Source: Macrostomum lignano (Eukaryota). From it: a DNA stretch of 53,899 nucleotides. Shown piece after piece: positions 11,662-22,773 of this stretch. Position 1 is the first letter of the stretch. Every line of letters starts with the position of its first letter. The DNA is taken from assembly GCA_002269645.1 (NCBI GenBank), contig NIVC01004235.1:1-53899 (forward strand), read 5' to 3'. The notes beneath the pieces are model-generated. The model was not told the DNA's origin, did not search any database, and saw only the letters and a program-made list of their open reading frames with translations. A program made the position numbers and the translations under genes.

Positions 11662-12710
11662 TCACTGACTAAAGCGTCCGGAGCACAGACTCATGTGTCT
11701 GTTGCACTGACTAAAGTGCATCTGGGGCACTGACTAAAGTGTCTGGGGTACTGACTAAAGTGTCTGGGGCACTGACTAAAATGCATCTGGGGCACTGACT
11801 CAAGTGTCTGTGGCACTGACTCAAGTGTCTGGGGCACTGACTCAAGTGTCTGGGGCATTGACTCAAATGTCTGAGGCACTGACTAAAATGCATCTGGGGC
11901 ACTGACTCAAGTGTCTGTGGCACTGACTCAAGTGTCTGGGGCACTGACTCAAGTGTCTGGGGCATTGACTCAAATGTCTGAGGCACTGACTAAAATGCAT
12001 CTGGGGCACTGACTCAAGTGTCTGGGGCACTGACTAAAGTGCATCTGGGGCACTGACTAAAGTGTCTGAGGCACTGACTAAAGTGTCTGGGGCACTGACT
12101 AAAATGCATCTGGGGCACTGACTAAAGTGTCTGGGGCACTGACTCAAGTGTCTGGGGTACTGACTAAAGTGTCTGGGGCACTGACTAAAATGCATCTGGG
12201 GCACCGACTAAAGTGTCTGGGGCACTGACTCAAGTGTCTGGGGTACTGACTAAAATGCATCTGGGGCACTGACTAAAATGCATCTGGGGCACTGATTCAA
12301 GTGTCTGGAACACTGACTAAAGTGCATCTGGGGCACTGACTCATGTGTCTGGGGCACTGACTAAAGTGTCTGGGGCACTGACTAAAGTGTCTGGGGCACT
12401 GACTAAAGTGTCTGGGGCACTGACTAAAGTGTCTGGGGCACTGACTAAAATGCATCTGGGGCACTGACTAAAATGCATCTGGGGCACTGACTAAAATGCA
12501 TCTGGGGCACTGATTCAAGTGTCTGGAACACTGACTAAAGTGCATCTGGGGCACTGACTCATGTGTCTGGGGCACTGACTAAAGTGTCTGGGGCACTGAC
12601 TCATGTGTCTGGGGCACTGACTAAAGTGTCTGGGGCACTGACTAAGGTGTCTGGGGCACTGACTCATGTGTCTGGGGCACTGACTAAAGTGTCTGGGGCA
12701 CTGACTAAAG
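11662..12710. repeat. 21/23-bp minisatellite (GACTAAAGTGTCTGGGGCACT and GACTAAAATGCATCTGGGGCACT)
   Basis: ~1 kb array with interspersed 21- and 23-bp variants, ~430 bp upstream of the SMPD1 ATG. Confidence 0.95.
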
Positions 12711-13060
12711 CAAGAGTATATATTTCGTATGTGACATGAAAAAACTAGCTTGATAAACTTGCAAGTACACACGGGACAAGACACAAGACATTAGTCTAGA
12801 CTTGCTTCTTTGCGAGTTGGATCGTTTGCTAAAAGACTGGCGTCCATCTGCTTTAGCTGTTTAATATGGTCCACCCTAGTTTACAAGCCTTTGGCTGTCT
12901 GCTCTGGTGAAAGCCACCATCGATTCGAAGGGGAATGGGTGTGAACTGAGCTCTGCAGAAGCATCTCTTCCCTGCCCTTATCAACTCGTCAAACTACTTT
13001 CTGCTCAGCCGATTCATTCCACACTTAGCAAGCCAAACAAACTCAAGCCCAAAAGCAGTC

Positions 13061-13421
13061 ATGCTGAACCACAAGCAAGTGCAAGCCTTTGTGGCCGCGA
13101 TGCTCGTCCTGGCTATGACAGGTGAGAGAGACATCTATGACAGGTTGAGTGCGCATTTGGTAGCTCATTACTATCTATAAAAACGCCTTGCGTCCTAATT
13201 TTAGCTGCCGCCATCGAGGTGCCGGCCGACGAAGCTGGCGATGAGGCAAACCTACGCTGGGGGCGGATACCGGCCGTATTGTAAGGTCCAGTAAGCCTGA
13301 GCCCTGAGGCTTACATCTTTATCGCTGTATGGCAAAGCTTACTCTCTGGGTTGCAGGGAATGGTGAAGGTGTGCCTGCTCTGTACACGCGGATTGTCGCT
13401 GCTGGCTTGGTAGGGAAATAA
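13061..13421 (+). CDS. Candidate small secreted peptide precursor (2-3 exons)
   Basis: Exon 13061-13121 gives MLNHKQVQAFVAAMLVLAMT followed by phase-1 GTGAG donor; intron ends CTAATTTTAG at 13204; exon 2 reads AAAIEVPADEAGDEANLRWGRIRPY(CKVQ*). Further donors at 13280/13285/13290 and a TTGCAG acceptor at 13356. 3' structure ambiguous. Confidence 0.45.
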
Positions 13422-13689
13422 ACTGAAGAAGCAGGTAATTCAGGAGTTCCGCTACAGACTTTATGGCAAAATACATTTTTTGGGTTGTCAGTTCATTATC
13501 CTGATCGAGAGAGCAAGTAAGAAATTATCTGGGAGCTTGGCAAACTTTAATGAAGCCTTAATTTGTTGTTAAAGCCTCGAAAGAATTACAAGTGAACAAC
13601 AAATTCTTTTGAGATTTTCCAAGAAACGGCTTATCTTGACCGATTGCGTGCAAAATTGCTGGCAACTACACATACTACACATCTACACA

Positions 13690-14040
13690 TCACAATGAGA
13701 TTGTGAGGTCACCAGTCTAATCACAATGAGATTGTGAGGTCACCAGTCTAATCTCAATGAGATTGTGAGGTCACCAGTCTAATCTCAATGAGATTGTGAG
13801 GTCACCAGTCTAATCACAATGAGATTGTGAGGTCACCAGTCTAATCTCAATGAGATTGTGAGGTCACCAGTCTAATCTCAATGAGATTGTGAGGTCACCA
13901 GTCTAATCACAATGAGATTGTGAGGTCACCAGTCTAATCTCAATGAGATTGTGAGGTCACCAGTCTAATCACAATGAGATTGTGAGGTCACCAGTCTAAT
14001 CACACTGACTAAAGTGTCAGAGGCACTGGCTAAAGTGTCA
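13690..14040. repeat. 31-bp minisatellite (CAATGAGATTGTGAGGTCACCAGTCTAATCT)x~10 joined to ~2 degenerate units of the 21-bp family
   Basis: Same family as the SMPD1 intron 9/11 arrays; switches at ~14003 to CACTGACTAAAGTGTCAGAGGCACTG. Confidence 0.9.
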
Positions 14041-14897
14041 TGGGTCGCTACTAAATGAAGAAAAAAAGAGCAAAACATAATAGCTTACAAAGATTCAGCA
14101 GTTATTTAAACACACTCTGGCATAGTTTCAAATTAGTAAAATCAATACTAGCTAGTATTTATATATTTCACATGTTGCAGTATTGACAAATTGCAGAATT
14201 CGTCTAGGTGAAAGCTAAACCTTCCCAGCGGAAGGAAACAGATCGAGTTGAAATAAAACAACAAAGCAAAAAGACAACAGAAAATTCTAAAAGTACAAGA
14301 GACAATTCTGAAATCCTTTTCACTGCCACTATCCTAACGATTTCACCATTAATTAGTAGTGGCTGCTGAGAAGAGTAACGTTGCTTAAATCTTTTTTTAA
14401 CAGACACTTTTGGGTCAAGTAATTTAGCTGCCTGAATGAAGAAGTTCCGGTTAAAGGGCGACGAAACACAACCAAAAGACCAATTACGGAACATGCACTT
14501 AAGTAGCTAACGGCAACATTATATCAAGCATGATTTTTAAACAGACAAATAAAAAAATACGGCACGTATTTACAAGAATCAGTTAAATAAATATGTGACC
14601 TTTGGTAGTTCTGACTTGCTAATTCATATAATATTAAACTAATTTTAACATATTGAGGATAACTTATAGTCTATTATTATAGTCTATGACAGTGCATATC
14701 CACACCTTTTCGCTAAACCTTCTAAACTAAACTAAAAGGAATTTACATTTATCTATAGTTGTCAGCAGTTAAAGGGTGAGATGTTATCTGGGGGAGGGGT
14801 GGCTGCTGGCTGCGAGAAAAGTCCAGGGATATACAGTGTAGTGTGTTATGTACACCCAGCCAGCCAGACAGTTGGGCTTTTCTCTTGCCCACTTGTG

Positions 14898-15046
14898 TCT
14901 AACTTTGGACTCTCCTTACTGCTCTCTCATTGGCTGAGCTAGATTGGGCCTGCCTCCTAGGCTGAGTTTCGTCCGTCTGACTTTGATCTCTCTCCTTACT
15001 GCTCTCTCATTGGCTGAGCCAATTTGGGCCTGCCTCCTACGCTGAA
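14898..15046. repeat. ~80-bp tandem duplication containing ATTGG (CCAAT) boxes
   Basis: TCTCCTTACTGCTCTCTCATTGGCTGAGC...TTGGGCCTGCCTCCTA occurs at 14911 and 14991. Confidence 0.8.
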
Positions 15047-15900
15047 TCACATCATCATCACAATCACAAATACCTAATATGTAATTTAGTCCATTCGATA
15101 ATTAACTGCCACATTAGATTTAAGTGACACTGCGCAGACAAACTACTGAAAACAAAGTAGAAGCTCTAATTTTTAAATTATTTTAAACATACAAAGCTAC
15201 AAATAAGAAAATCTGTGCAACTAATAATAGAAGAAATAAATAAATAAAATAATATGCGAAAACGATCTCGCGTAAGTTTTGTTCTGTAGCCTGCTAATAA
15301 CAGAGTAAAATGACATAAAAATAAATACAATAAGCATATTGAGAGCAAACAGACACCAGAAAAAGCAACGAACCCTGAATTTTATTATTTACACAACAAC
15401 AGTTGACCAGAGAAAAAACGACACAAATTTGATAATCTTGATTAAAAAAGTTTTTTCAGACCAAATTGGTAACTACTAACAGTAGTCAGTAGTAGTAAGG
15501 TGTCACAATTGAACTAGAATAATAATACGCACACAGGCAAAGGCAAGAGGCGCCGCTGCAGACAGACAGACATGCTATAGGCGTTAGGTGCTATAGTGTA
15601 TTACATTTCTCATTTGTACAAAACACAACAACGACATGCAAGGAGAATTTGATAAGAACTTAAGAAGTGCCAACTATATTAGAAAGGCTCGAATAAAAGT
15701 AGCGAAAATAAAAAAACATGAACACACGACAGTTGCTGCTTAAGAATTCCAAGAATTTATAGCTCGAAGGCCGAGAAAAAACTGTAACGATTGGGAAAAT
15801 GAAGAGTTTCAATGCGCACACAGACATATTACACAAGCTGCATCGTTGACTACAGGGTTACTGTGAAAAGTACATTAGGCACTTAAAAAAACGGATTAAT

Positions 15901-18900
15901 TCACTGAGGCTGAGGCCGCCTATGCGAACTCTGCTGCCCGAATGCAATTAGCAGATCTTTGATCTTCTCAGAAGTTGGCGTCCATTTCATAAAGCCGGCG
16001 TCATTTTGTAGGAACACAATCAGAGTACCGTGGGCCGACTTCACGTACAGGTCCTCGTCTCTGAGTTTGCGCGTTCGGAATGAGACAGTGCATCGGCTGG
16101 CAGAGTCATCTAAATATCCTTTCATTCTGATACATACACCTGCCTTACCCACTGACCCACCTGTTCCTCTGACCCAACTGTCTTCCCCTCTGACCAACCT
16201 GTCTTCCCCTCTGACCAACCTGTCTTCCCCTCTGACCAACCTGTCTTCCCCTCTGACCAACCTGTCTTCCCTCTGACCAACCTGTCTTCCCCTCTGACCA
16301 ACCTGTCTTCCCCTCTGACCCACCTGTCTTCCCTTCTGACCCACCTGTCTTCCCTTCTTACCCACCTGTCTTCCCTTCTGACCCACCTGTCTTCCCCTCT
16401 GACCCACCTGTCTTACCCTCTAATCCACCTGTCTTCCCCTCTGACCCACCTGTCTTACCCTCTAATCCACCTGTCTTCCCCTCTAACCCACCTGTCTTCC
16501 TCTCTGACCCACCTGTCTTCCCCTCCGACCAACCTGTCTTCATCTCTGACCCACCTGTCTTCATCTCTGACCCACCTGTCTGTATCTCTGACTCACCTGT
16601 CTTCATCTTTGACCTACCTGTCTTCCCTTCTGATCCAAATGTCTTTCCCTCTTCCCCACCTGTTTTCCTCAAATGCCTTCCCCTCTACCCACCGTGTTCC
16701 CTTTGTTTTCCCAACCACCATCAAAATAGCAAATAGTCGCCCACCTCTCCAAGCAGTGCTGCATGCCATTTCGGTAGCTATGCTCAAATGGCAACACGCA
16801 AGTCTGTCGCCGATTGTACGGCGAAGCCTCCAGTCGAACCAGCGCTTCGGTTGGCGGATCGCGCCAATCAGGCAGGAACACCATGAATGACAGAGGGCCG
16901 GTTGCCTCTTTCAGCAGATTCTGCGCGATTAAGGCATTACAAATGTATGTATACACTGCAAACGCTGATACATAAACATTAATTTCTAACGGAAAAAGAT
17001 CTTTTTAGGATAAAAAAGACCTAAAAGGGCCGTTTTGTTGATGTGCCCTAAAAAGGGCCGTTTTAGGACTTCTTACCGGGCTCACGCAGACGACAAGTTG
17101 CAAAATTATTTGCCCTGATAATAAGCAAGAATGTTTGCTGTATGCAAATCTTTTCTCCAGTAAAATCTGACAACGTACGATGATACAGCAAGCTCACCTC
17201 CATGTGGTTGACCATAGCAACCATGAGCTCCTCGGAGAATGGCGGATTAGCTTCAAACGAGCCCTCCAACGGATAAAATTCCAGCACGGGACCACGACTG
17301 CCGAAGTAGCAGTCGGTGTCGGGAAAGGCCGAGCAATACTGCTTAAAGTAGCAGTTCAATGGCGAAGCAAACAGTTCGAATGTGACGCCGAATAGTCGAG
17401 AGATGGCTTCGAATACGGGTATGGGCAGGGCAGCCTGGGTGTTCTGCGACTGCTGGCCTAGAAATGCTTGGTACCTGTTGGAAATGGCCAGGTGGTTTCA
17501 GTCTTAATCCAATGATCAGAGTTGCTAACTATGGTATTGGGTTTTTTAGCTGGGGATCAGTTTCCAGAAACTCCAATGGAATTTCTACCCAGGGGATCTG
17601 GGTCCTTTATAAACTGGATTAGGATTGGAATTAGGATGGATTAGGATCAAGATTAGAACTATTGGGGTAGGGATGGATTATGATAAGGATTGGGATTAGG
17701 ATTGGGATGACTTAGGATTGGGATTAGCATGGATTAGGATCAGGATTGAGATTAGGATTAGGATGGATTAGGATCAGGATCGAGATTAGGATTAGGATGA
17801 ATTAGGATTGGGATTAGCATGAATTAGGATCAGGATTGAGATTAGGATTAGGATGAATTAGGATTGGGATTAGCATGGATTAGGATCAGGATTGAGATTA
17901 GGATTAGGATGAATTAGGATTGGGATTAGCATGGATTAGGATCAGGATTGAGATTAGGATTAGGATGAATTAGGATTGGGATTAGCATGGATTAGGATCA
18001 GGATTGAGATTAGGGTTAGGATGAATTAGGATTGGGATTAGCATGGATTAGGATCAGGATTGAGATTAGGATTAGGATGAATTAGGATTGGGATTAGCAT
18101 GGATTAGGATCAGGATTGAGATTAGGATGGATTAGGATTTAGGTTGGGATTAGGACGGATTAGGATCAGGATTTGAATTATTGGGGTAGGGATGGATTAT
18201 GATCAGGATTGCGATTAGGATTGGGATTTGGATGAATTAGGATTATGGATAACGAGTAGACGTCTAAGTAGATTATTTTGTCGACTTATTCAACAACAAA
18301 TCCACCAACCCTCACCTAGTCAGCATGCACCAGAGCCTTGGGAAGAATTTCTCCATTGATGGATCCTCCTCAGTGCAGTGCAGAGTGTACAGCTGCTGCA
18401 GCTTGGCAAAGACCGACCGGCAGATGCCCTGCTGGCTAGAATTATCCCGACCGTAGCGGACGAACTGCATCCGGTCAGTGCAGCCGGTTTCAACCAGCTG
18501 CTGCTGAGCTGCCGGCCTCGGTGCCGGCGAGCAGATCTGCACCGGGTAGCAGCGAACTCGGCGCTTGGGATCGCCCGACCAGGGTGGCAGGTCCGCCCAC
18601 GGGTCCTGCGGCAGGCGTGTGGTTGGGGTAGGGTGCTACCGATAGTAGTTGAGTAAGGTATTGTTTGAGCAAACTACTGCTCAACTACTTATAATAGGAT
18701 ATAGGAGGCTGGCTCAGCAACTGACACTCTAGGAGGATGTGGGCTGGCCAGCAACTGATGATCTGGGAGGCTGGCCCAGCAACCGACACTCTGGAAGGCC
18801 TGGCCCAGCCACTGAGGATTTGGGAGGCTGGCCCAGCAACTGGGGATCTGGGAGGCTGGCCCAGCAACTGAGGATCTGGGAGGCTGGCCCAGCCACTGAG

Positions 18901-21900
18901 GATTTGGGAGGCTGGCCTAGCAACTGGGGATCTGGGAGGCTGGCCCAGCAACTGAGGATCTGGGAGGCTGGCCCAGCAACTTGAGGATCTGGGAGGCTGG
19001 CCCAGCAACTGAGAATCTGAGAGGCTGGCCCAGCAACTGAGAATCTGGGAGGCTGGCCCAGCAACTGAGAATCTGGGAGGCTGGTCCAGCAACTGAGGAT
19101 CTGGGAGGCTGGCCCAGCAACTGGGGATCTGGGAGGCTAGCCCAGCAACTGAGGATCTGGGAGGCTGGTCCAGCAACTGAGAATCTGGCAGGCTGGCCCA
19201 GCAACTGAGAAGTTGGGAGGCTGGCCCAGCAACTGAGAATCTGAGAGGCTGGCCCAGCAACTGACACTCTGGGAGGCTGGTCCAGCAACTGAGAATCTAA
19301 GAGGCTGGCCCAGCAACTGAGAATCTGGGAGGCTGGCCCAGCAACTGAGAATCTGGGAGGCTGGTCCAGCAACTGAGGATCTGGGAGGCTGGCCCAGCAA
19401 CTGAGGATCTGGGAGGCTGGCCCAGCAACTGAGAAGCTGGAAGGCTGGCCCAGCAACTGAGGATCTGGCAGGCTGGCCCAGCAACTGAGGATCTGGCAGG
19501 CTGGCCCAGCAACTGAGAAGCTGGGAGGCTGGTAGCCCAGCAACTGAAAATCTGATGGGCTGGCCCAGCAACTGAGGATCTGGGAGGCTGGCCCAGCAAC
19601 TTGAGGATACCCTACAAATAAGCACTATGAGCCATTCCTAAAGAACTCGATGATAAACAAACACGAGAAAGGCCCCTCTCACCGTAGGATTAGTAACCTT
19701 GAACAGAGTCTCCTGCAGTTCCCGAACTTTTTTAGCGTACTCAACTGACAGGTGATAGAGTTTAGTGCAGATTTTCTCTACCGACTCTTTAGCAGCCTCC
19801 TCAATATGCGGCTGGCAGGTTCGTTTCAGATGAGCCAACCGCTCCAGACAGTCTTCGTAGGTTGGCATTTTGGCCTGCCGCAGGAACTGATAGGTCTGCT
19901 CCACGTTCCATTTGACAATTTTGCGACTCTCCGGATTGGCTACGCGAGACTCAATCATGGCCTGCAGTGGGTGGATGGTCATCAGGTTATGCTGAGGTGA
20001 ATTTACTAAATGAGACCAACTACAGTGCTTATGGAAACACATTAGATAAGAAATAGCACACAGTGATTAAATATGAGAACTAGTGCACTCACTAAACCTA
20101 AGAAAGAGCCACTTATTAACCCAAAAGAAATGGCACCAATTGACCCCCCTCCCAAGAGAAATGGCACCCATTGACCCTCCCAAGGGAAATGGCACCCATT
20201 GACCCCTCAAGAGAAATGGCACCGATTGACCCCCCCCCCTCCCAAGAGAAATGGCACCGATTGACCTTCCCAAGGGAAATGGCACCCATTGACCCCCCAA
20301 GAGAAATGGCACTGATTGACCCCCGAGATAAATGGCACCCATTGACTCCCCTAGAGAAATGATACTCATTCACCCCCGAAATAAATGGCACCCATTGACC
20401 CCCCCCCCAAGAGAAATGGCACTGATTGACCCCCCGAGATAAATGGCACCCATTGACTCCCCTAGAGAATGATACTCATTCACCTCCGAAATAAATGGCA
20501 CCCATTGACTTCCCTAAAGAAATGGCACTCATTGACCCTTGAGAGAAATGGCACCCATTGACTCCCCTAGAGAAATGACACTCATTGACCCATAGGCCTT
20601 ATGAGAATCTTATAAGACTTAAGAGAAGAAAAGAAAAAATTAATAGCAAAGAAAGTAAATAATCTTAGAAAATAAATATTCACATACACACACTGTGCTA
20701 CTACAAGTAGTTTACTAACCTTGGACGCCTCAGCATACCGATAAAGCTGTTTCTTAGCATCGGCGCTAAGCTTAGGCCGGCACAGTCGCACAGGCAAATC
20801 GTTGATAATCTCCCTAAACAGAGCATAGCTCAATTCGTTATCGCAGTCGCTAGGAAACAGCGGATCCGAGCCTTTGTCGCTCAGGTATCGCTCAATTAAC
20901 CAACGATTGAAACTGTCAGGCGGCGGTTGAATGTTTTCCCTACTGACACACAGCTCCGAATAGTGCTGGCGCAGCTTCGCGATTAGCTGGGCCCTTAGTA
21001 GCTCAGTTTCCGGATGAGGCTGGAACAGTCTCCGGGGTGGCCGTTCCAGCGTCACGCAGTTGCTGTGCACGCTGAAGTTCCAGGCTGCGTCTGAGGGGGG
21101 CAACAGCAGGGCAATGGGCCAAGCTTATGGGAAATGCACAGGCTTGACGAGTGACAGTTTGACAATTGGAGAGTGACAATTGACGAGTGACAGTTTGACA
21201 ATTGGAGAGTGACAATTGACGAGGGACAGTTTGACAATTGGAGAGTGACAATTGACGAGTGACAATTTGACAATTGGAGAGTGACAATTGACGAGTGACA
21301 ATTTGACAATTGGAGTGACAATTTGATATTAAAGAGTGACAATTGACGAGTGACAGTTTGACAATTGGAGAGTGACAATTGACGAGTGACAATTTGACAA
21401 TTCGAGAATTGACGAGTGACAATCAGACAAATGGAGTGACAATTTGATATTAAAGAGTGACAATTGACGAGTGACAATTTGACAATTCGAGAATTGACGA
21501 GTGACAATCAGACAAATGGAGTGACAATTTGATATTAAAGAGTGACAATTGACGAGTGACAATTTGACAATTCGAGAGTGACAATTTGATATTAAAGAGT
21601 GACAATTGCCGAGTGACAATTTGATATTGGAGAGTTGATATTGAAGTATTGCGCCAAACGCTAAGCCGATTAGGCTATACAAAATCCGAGAGGATAAAAT
21701 ACTACTAAACGTATAATAGATCAGACGATTTTTCTGTACCTAGCTAATCCCAAAAATGGTTTTACTGTCACGTGCAAACGGTTTTGCAGCATAAGCCTAG
21801 GCTGATTTTAGGCTAGATATTTTTCAGCAGAGAAACCTAAACTAAAAAAACTATAATCTGAAAGTCGGCTGAATCAGGATGTTACAGACACTGCATTAAT

Positions 21901-22773
21901 ATGCGACAGACACTGTATTATGATGTAACAGACACTATTAGGATGTGACAGCCACTGTATAAGGATGTGACAGACACTATCAGGATGTGACAGCCACTGT
22001 ATAAGGATGTGACAGACACTATCAGGATGTGACAGACACTATATTAGGATGTGACAGCCACTGCATCAGGATGTGACAGAGCTTATATCAGGATGCGACA
22101 GACACTAAATGAGGATGTGACAGGCTGTATAATAATTTAGCAGTCACTGTATTAGGATGTGACAGACACTTTATCAATGATGGGACAGTCAGTTTTTAAT
22201 CTCTTTACCAAGCGCCTGAGGACCGCCAAAGCTTGGTCGCTTTGGAGCCGACGGTCCCTGCTGATGATGGTGATGGTGATGGTTGGGCACAGCAGCCGCC
22301 GGATCAGACAGGGTGCGTTTCACCCCGGGCAGTGCGGCAGTAGGCGGTTCCCACAGAGACTGATTAGTAAGCTTATTAAAATAGTAGGGCCGATTTTCGC
22401 GCTTAGACCAGAATTTCCTCCAGCCAGCAGCTAGCAGCTCTTCGCTGAGATCGTGAGAAGTGGCGCCGCTTCCTCCAACGCCTGCGGCGCCTCCCCCGGT
22501 GGCGCCAAAACCGGCGGCGCCCGGACTTCGAAACGGAGCGCCGGGAGCACCGCCGGGAGTCAACGGCGACGTGACGCAAGTTGAATCGAACGACGACGCG
22601 GTTGAAGAGCTGGACGGATGTCGTTCAGTGCGAATTGGCGCCAGAGGCGGCGGCGACGTGGTTGTCGACGAAGATGCCGACGGATCGACTGCGGACAGCA
22701 ACGGCGGCTGCTGCTCGGCCTGTCCCGAAGCCGGCGTCTCTGCCGCTGTGCTCGGAGGCGCATCGGTTGCCAT
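15901..22773 (-). CDS. PCIF1: PCIF1/CAPAM mRNA cap adenosine N6-methyltransferase, 7 exons, ~711 aa
   Basis: Exons 22773-22209, 21123-20720, 19961-19698, 18605-18316, 17474-17198, 16920-16745, 16060-15901; phases consistent, total 2136 nt. WW domain [28 protein letters not shown]; [19 protein letters not shown]; FASPLNCYF; catalytic NPPF; [15 protein letters not shown]. The exon 2 acceptor (AAG) is the least certain boundary. Confidence 0.93.
16155..16640. repeat. 21-bp minisatellite (CTGACCAACCTGTCTTCCCCT), PCIF1 intron 6
   Basis: About 23 pyrimidine-rich units. Confidence 0.92.
17625..18250. repeat. 56-bp higher-order repeat of TTAGGA-like hexamers, PCIF1 intron 4
   Basis: Unit TTAGGA TTAGGA TGAA TTAGGA TTGGGA TTAGCA TGGA TTAGGA TCAGGA TTGAGA, ~7 clean copies with degenerate flanks. 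Confidence 0.88.
18706..19607. repeat. 28-bp minisatellite (GGGAGGCTGGCCCAGCAACTGAGGATCT), PCIF1 intron 3
   Basis: About 32 units; palindromic core GCTGG-C-CCAGC. Confidence 0.95.
20125..20592. repeat. ~28-bp minisatellite (GAAATGGCACCCATTGACCCCCCCAAGA), PCIF1 intron 2
   Basis: Variable C-run; a block of several units is itself duplicated. Confidence 0.9.
21145..21630. repeat. 36-bp composite repeat (GACAATTGACGAGTGACAATTTGACAATTGGAGAGT), PCIF1 intron 1
   Basis: Built from GACAATT submotifs; begins ~20 bp from the exon 2 acceptor. Confidence 0.9.
21900..22180. repeat. 20/22-bp degenerate minisatellite (AGGATGTGACAGACACTATC), PCIF1 intron 1
   Basis: Alternating 20- and 22-bp units next to the exon 1 donor. 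Confidence 0.85.

Noticed and set aside
14204-14494. 96-aa minus-strand ORF with natural-looking composition
   Set aside because: No recognizable domain, no splice context and no true ATG in a good setting.
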